Made by a program: the position numbers and the translations under genes
NCBI RefSeq assembly: GCF_963921235.1
Contig: NC_086097.1
Span: 137,270,001-137,334,000 of the forward strand
Reading direction: 5' to 3'
Length of the DNA stretch: 64,000 nucleotides
Source: Mobula hypostoma
Lineage: Eukaryota
Part shown: piece after piece, positions 63,125 to 64,000 of the stretch
Layout of the letters: each line of letters starts with the position of its first letter
How positions within the stretch are numbered: position 1 is the stretch's first letter
Notes under the pieces: generated by a model
Told to the model about the DNA's origin: nothing
The model's input: only the letters and a program-made list of their open reading frames with translations
The model's database searches: none

Positions 63125-64000
63125 GAAGATTATGTGCTTCTTGAAGGGAATTAGCATAGTTAGAAAATTGGCTGATTGGTAAAAGGAAGTGAGTTGGAAT
63201 AAAGGAGGCCTATTCTGGCTGGCTGCCAATGACAATGGTTTTCTGCAGGGGTCGGTATTGAAACCACTTCTTTTCATGTTATATGTTGATAAATTGGATG
63301 ACAGAACTGATGGCTTTGTCACCAAGTTTGCAGATGATACAAAGAAAGATGAAAACAGGGAGTCTGCAGAAGGCTTTAGACAGATTAGAAGAATGAGCAA
63401 AGAAGTGGCAGATGGAATATAGTGTACAGAAGATTAAGGTCATGCATTTTGGTAGAAGGAATAAAGATGTAGACTATTTTTGAAAAGGGGAGAAAATTAA
63501 AAAATCAGAGGTGCAAAGGGACTTGTGCAGGAATCCCTAAAGGTTAATTTGCAGGTTGCATCGGTGATAAGGAAGGTGAACACAATGTTACCATTCATTT
63601 GGAGAGGACTTGAAGACAGAAATGGGTGAAATTATTATGGGGAACAAGGAAATGGCGGACAAGCTGAACAGGTACTTTGGATCTGTCTTCACTAGGGAAG
63701 ACACAAACAATCTCCCAGATGTAATAATGGCCAGAGGACCTAGGGTAACAGAGGAACTGAAGGAAATTCACATCAGGCAGAAAATGGTGTTGGGTAAACT
63801 GATGGGACTGAAGATTGATAAATCCCCAGGGCCTGATGGTCTGCATCCCAGGCTAGGTGGTGGCTCTAGAAATCGTGGACGCATTGGTAATCATTTTCCA
63901 ATGTTCTATAGATTCAGGATCAGTTCCTGCGGATTGGAGGGTAGCTAATGTTATCCCACTTTTTAAGAAAGGAGGGAGAGAGAAAACAGGCAATTGTAGA
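63125..64000 (+). mobile_element. CR1 LINE fragments (runs off window end)
   Basis: ORFs 63189-63422 (QGSVL..LF...KFADD) and 63610-63948 (NRYFGSVFT...KSPGPDGLHPR). Confidence 0.85.

Overview
Eukaryotic, repeat-rich vertebrate genomic DNA. The repeat complement (CR1, Penelope-like, Rex1/RTE LINEs, V-SINE/HE1-like and Deu-type SINEs) suggests a cartilaginous fish, probably a ray or shark (inference). One protein-coding gene is present on the + strand: GASK1A/FAM198A (Golgi-associated kinase 1A, Fam20-like secretory-pathway kinase). It has four coding exons with canonical splice sites at 19590-21080, 31740-31862, 41247-41350 and 45987-46188; the start codon must lie in an upstream exon that I can only tentatively place. 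The most notable non-genic item is a 2,751-bp Academ (AcademX-type) DNA transposon derivative in a GASK1A intron (24283-27033), with ~120-130 bp imperfect TIRs, a 3-bp TTA target-site duplication and a decayed XPG/FEN1-like nuclease plus Cys8 ORF. Also notable is a Penelope-like retroelement family whose ends carry minimal hammerhead-ribozyme cores and a recurrent inverted-end plus TSD architecture. Other elements: a Tc1 fossil, a hAT/Charlie MITE, a pogo/Tigger-like MITE, bipartite RTE-derived elements, probable solo LTRs, microsatellites and an unexplained old local duplication (3615-3900 vs 8531-8830). All family assignments come from my recall of motifs, not from database searches. These are known element classes, so any novelty would be at the family or lineage level.
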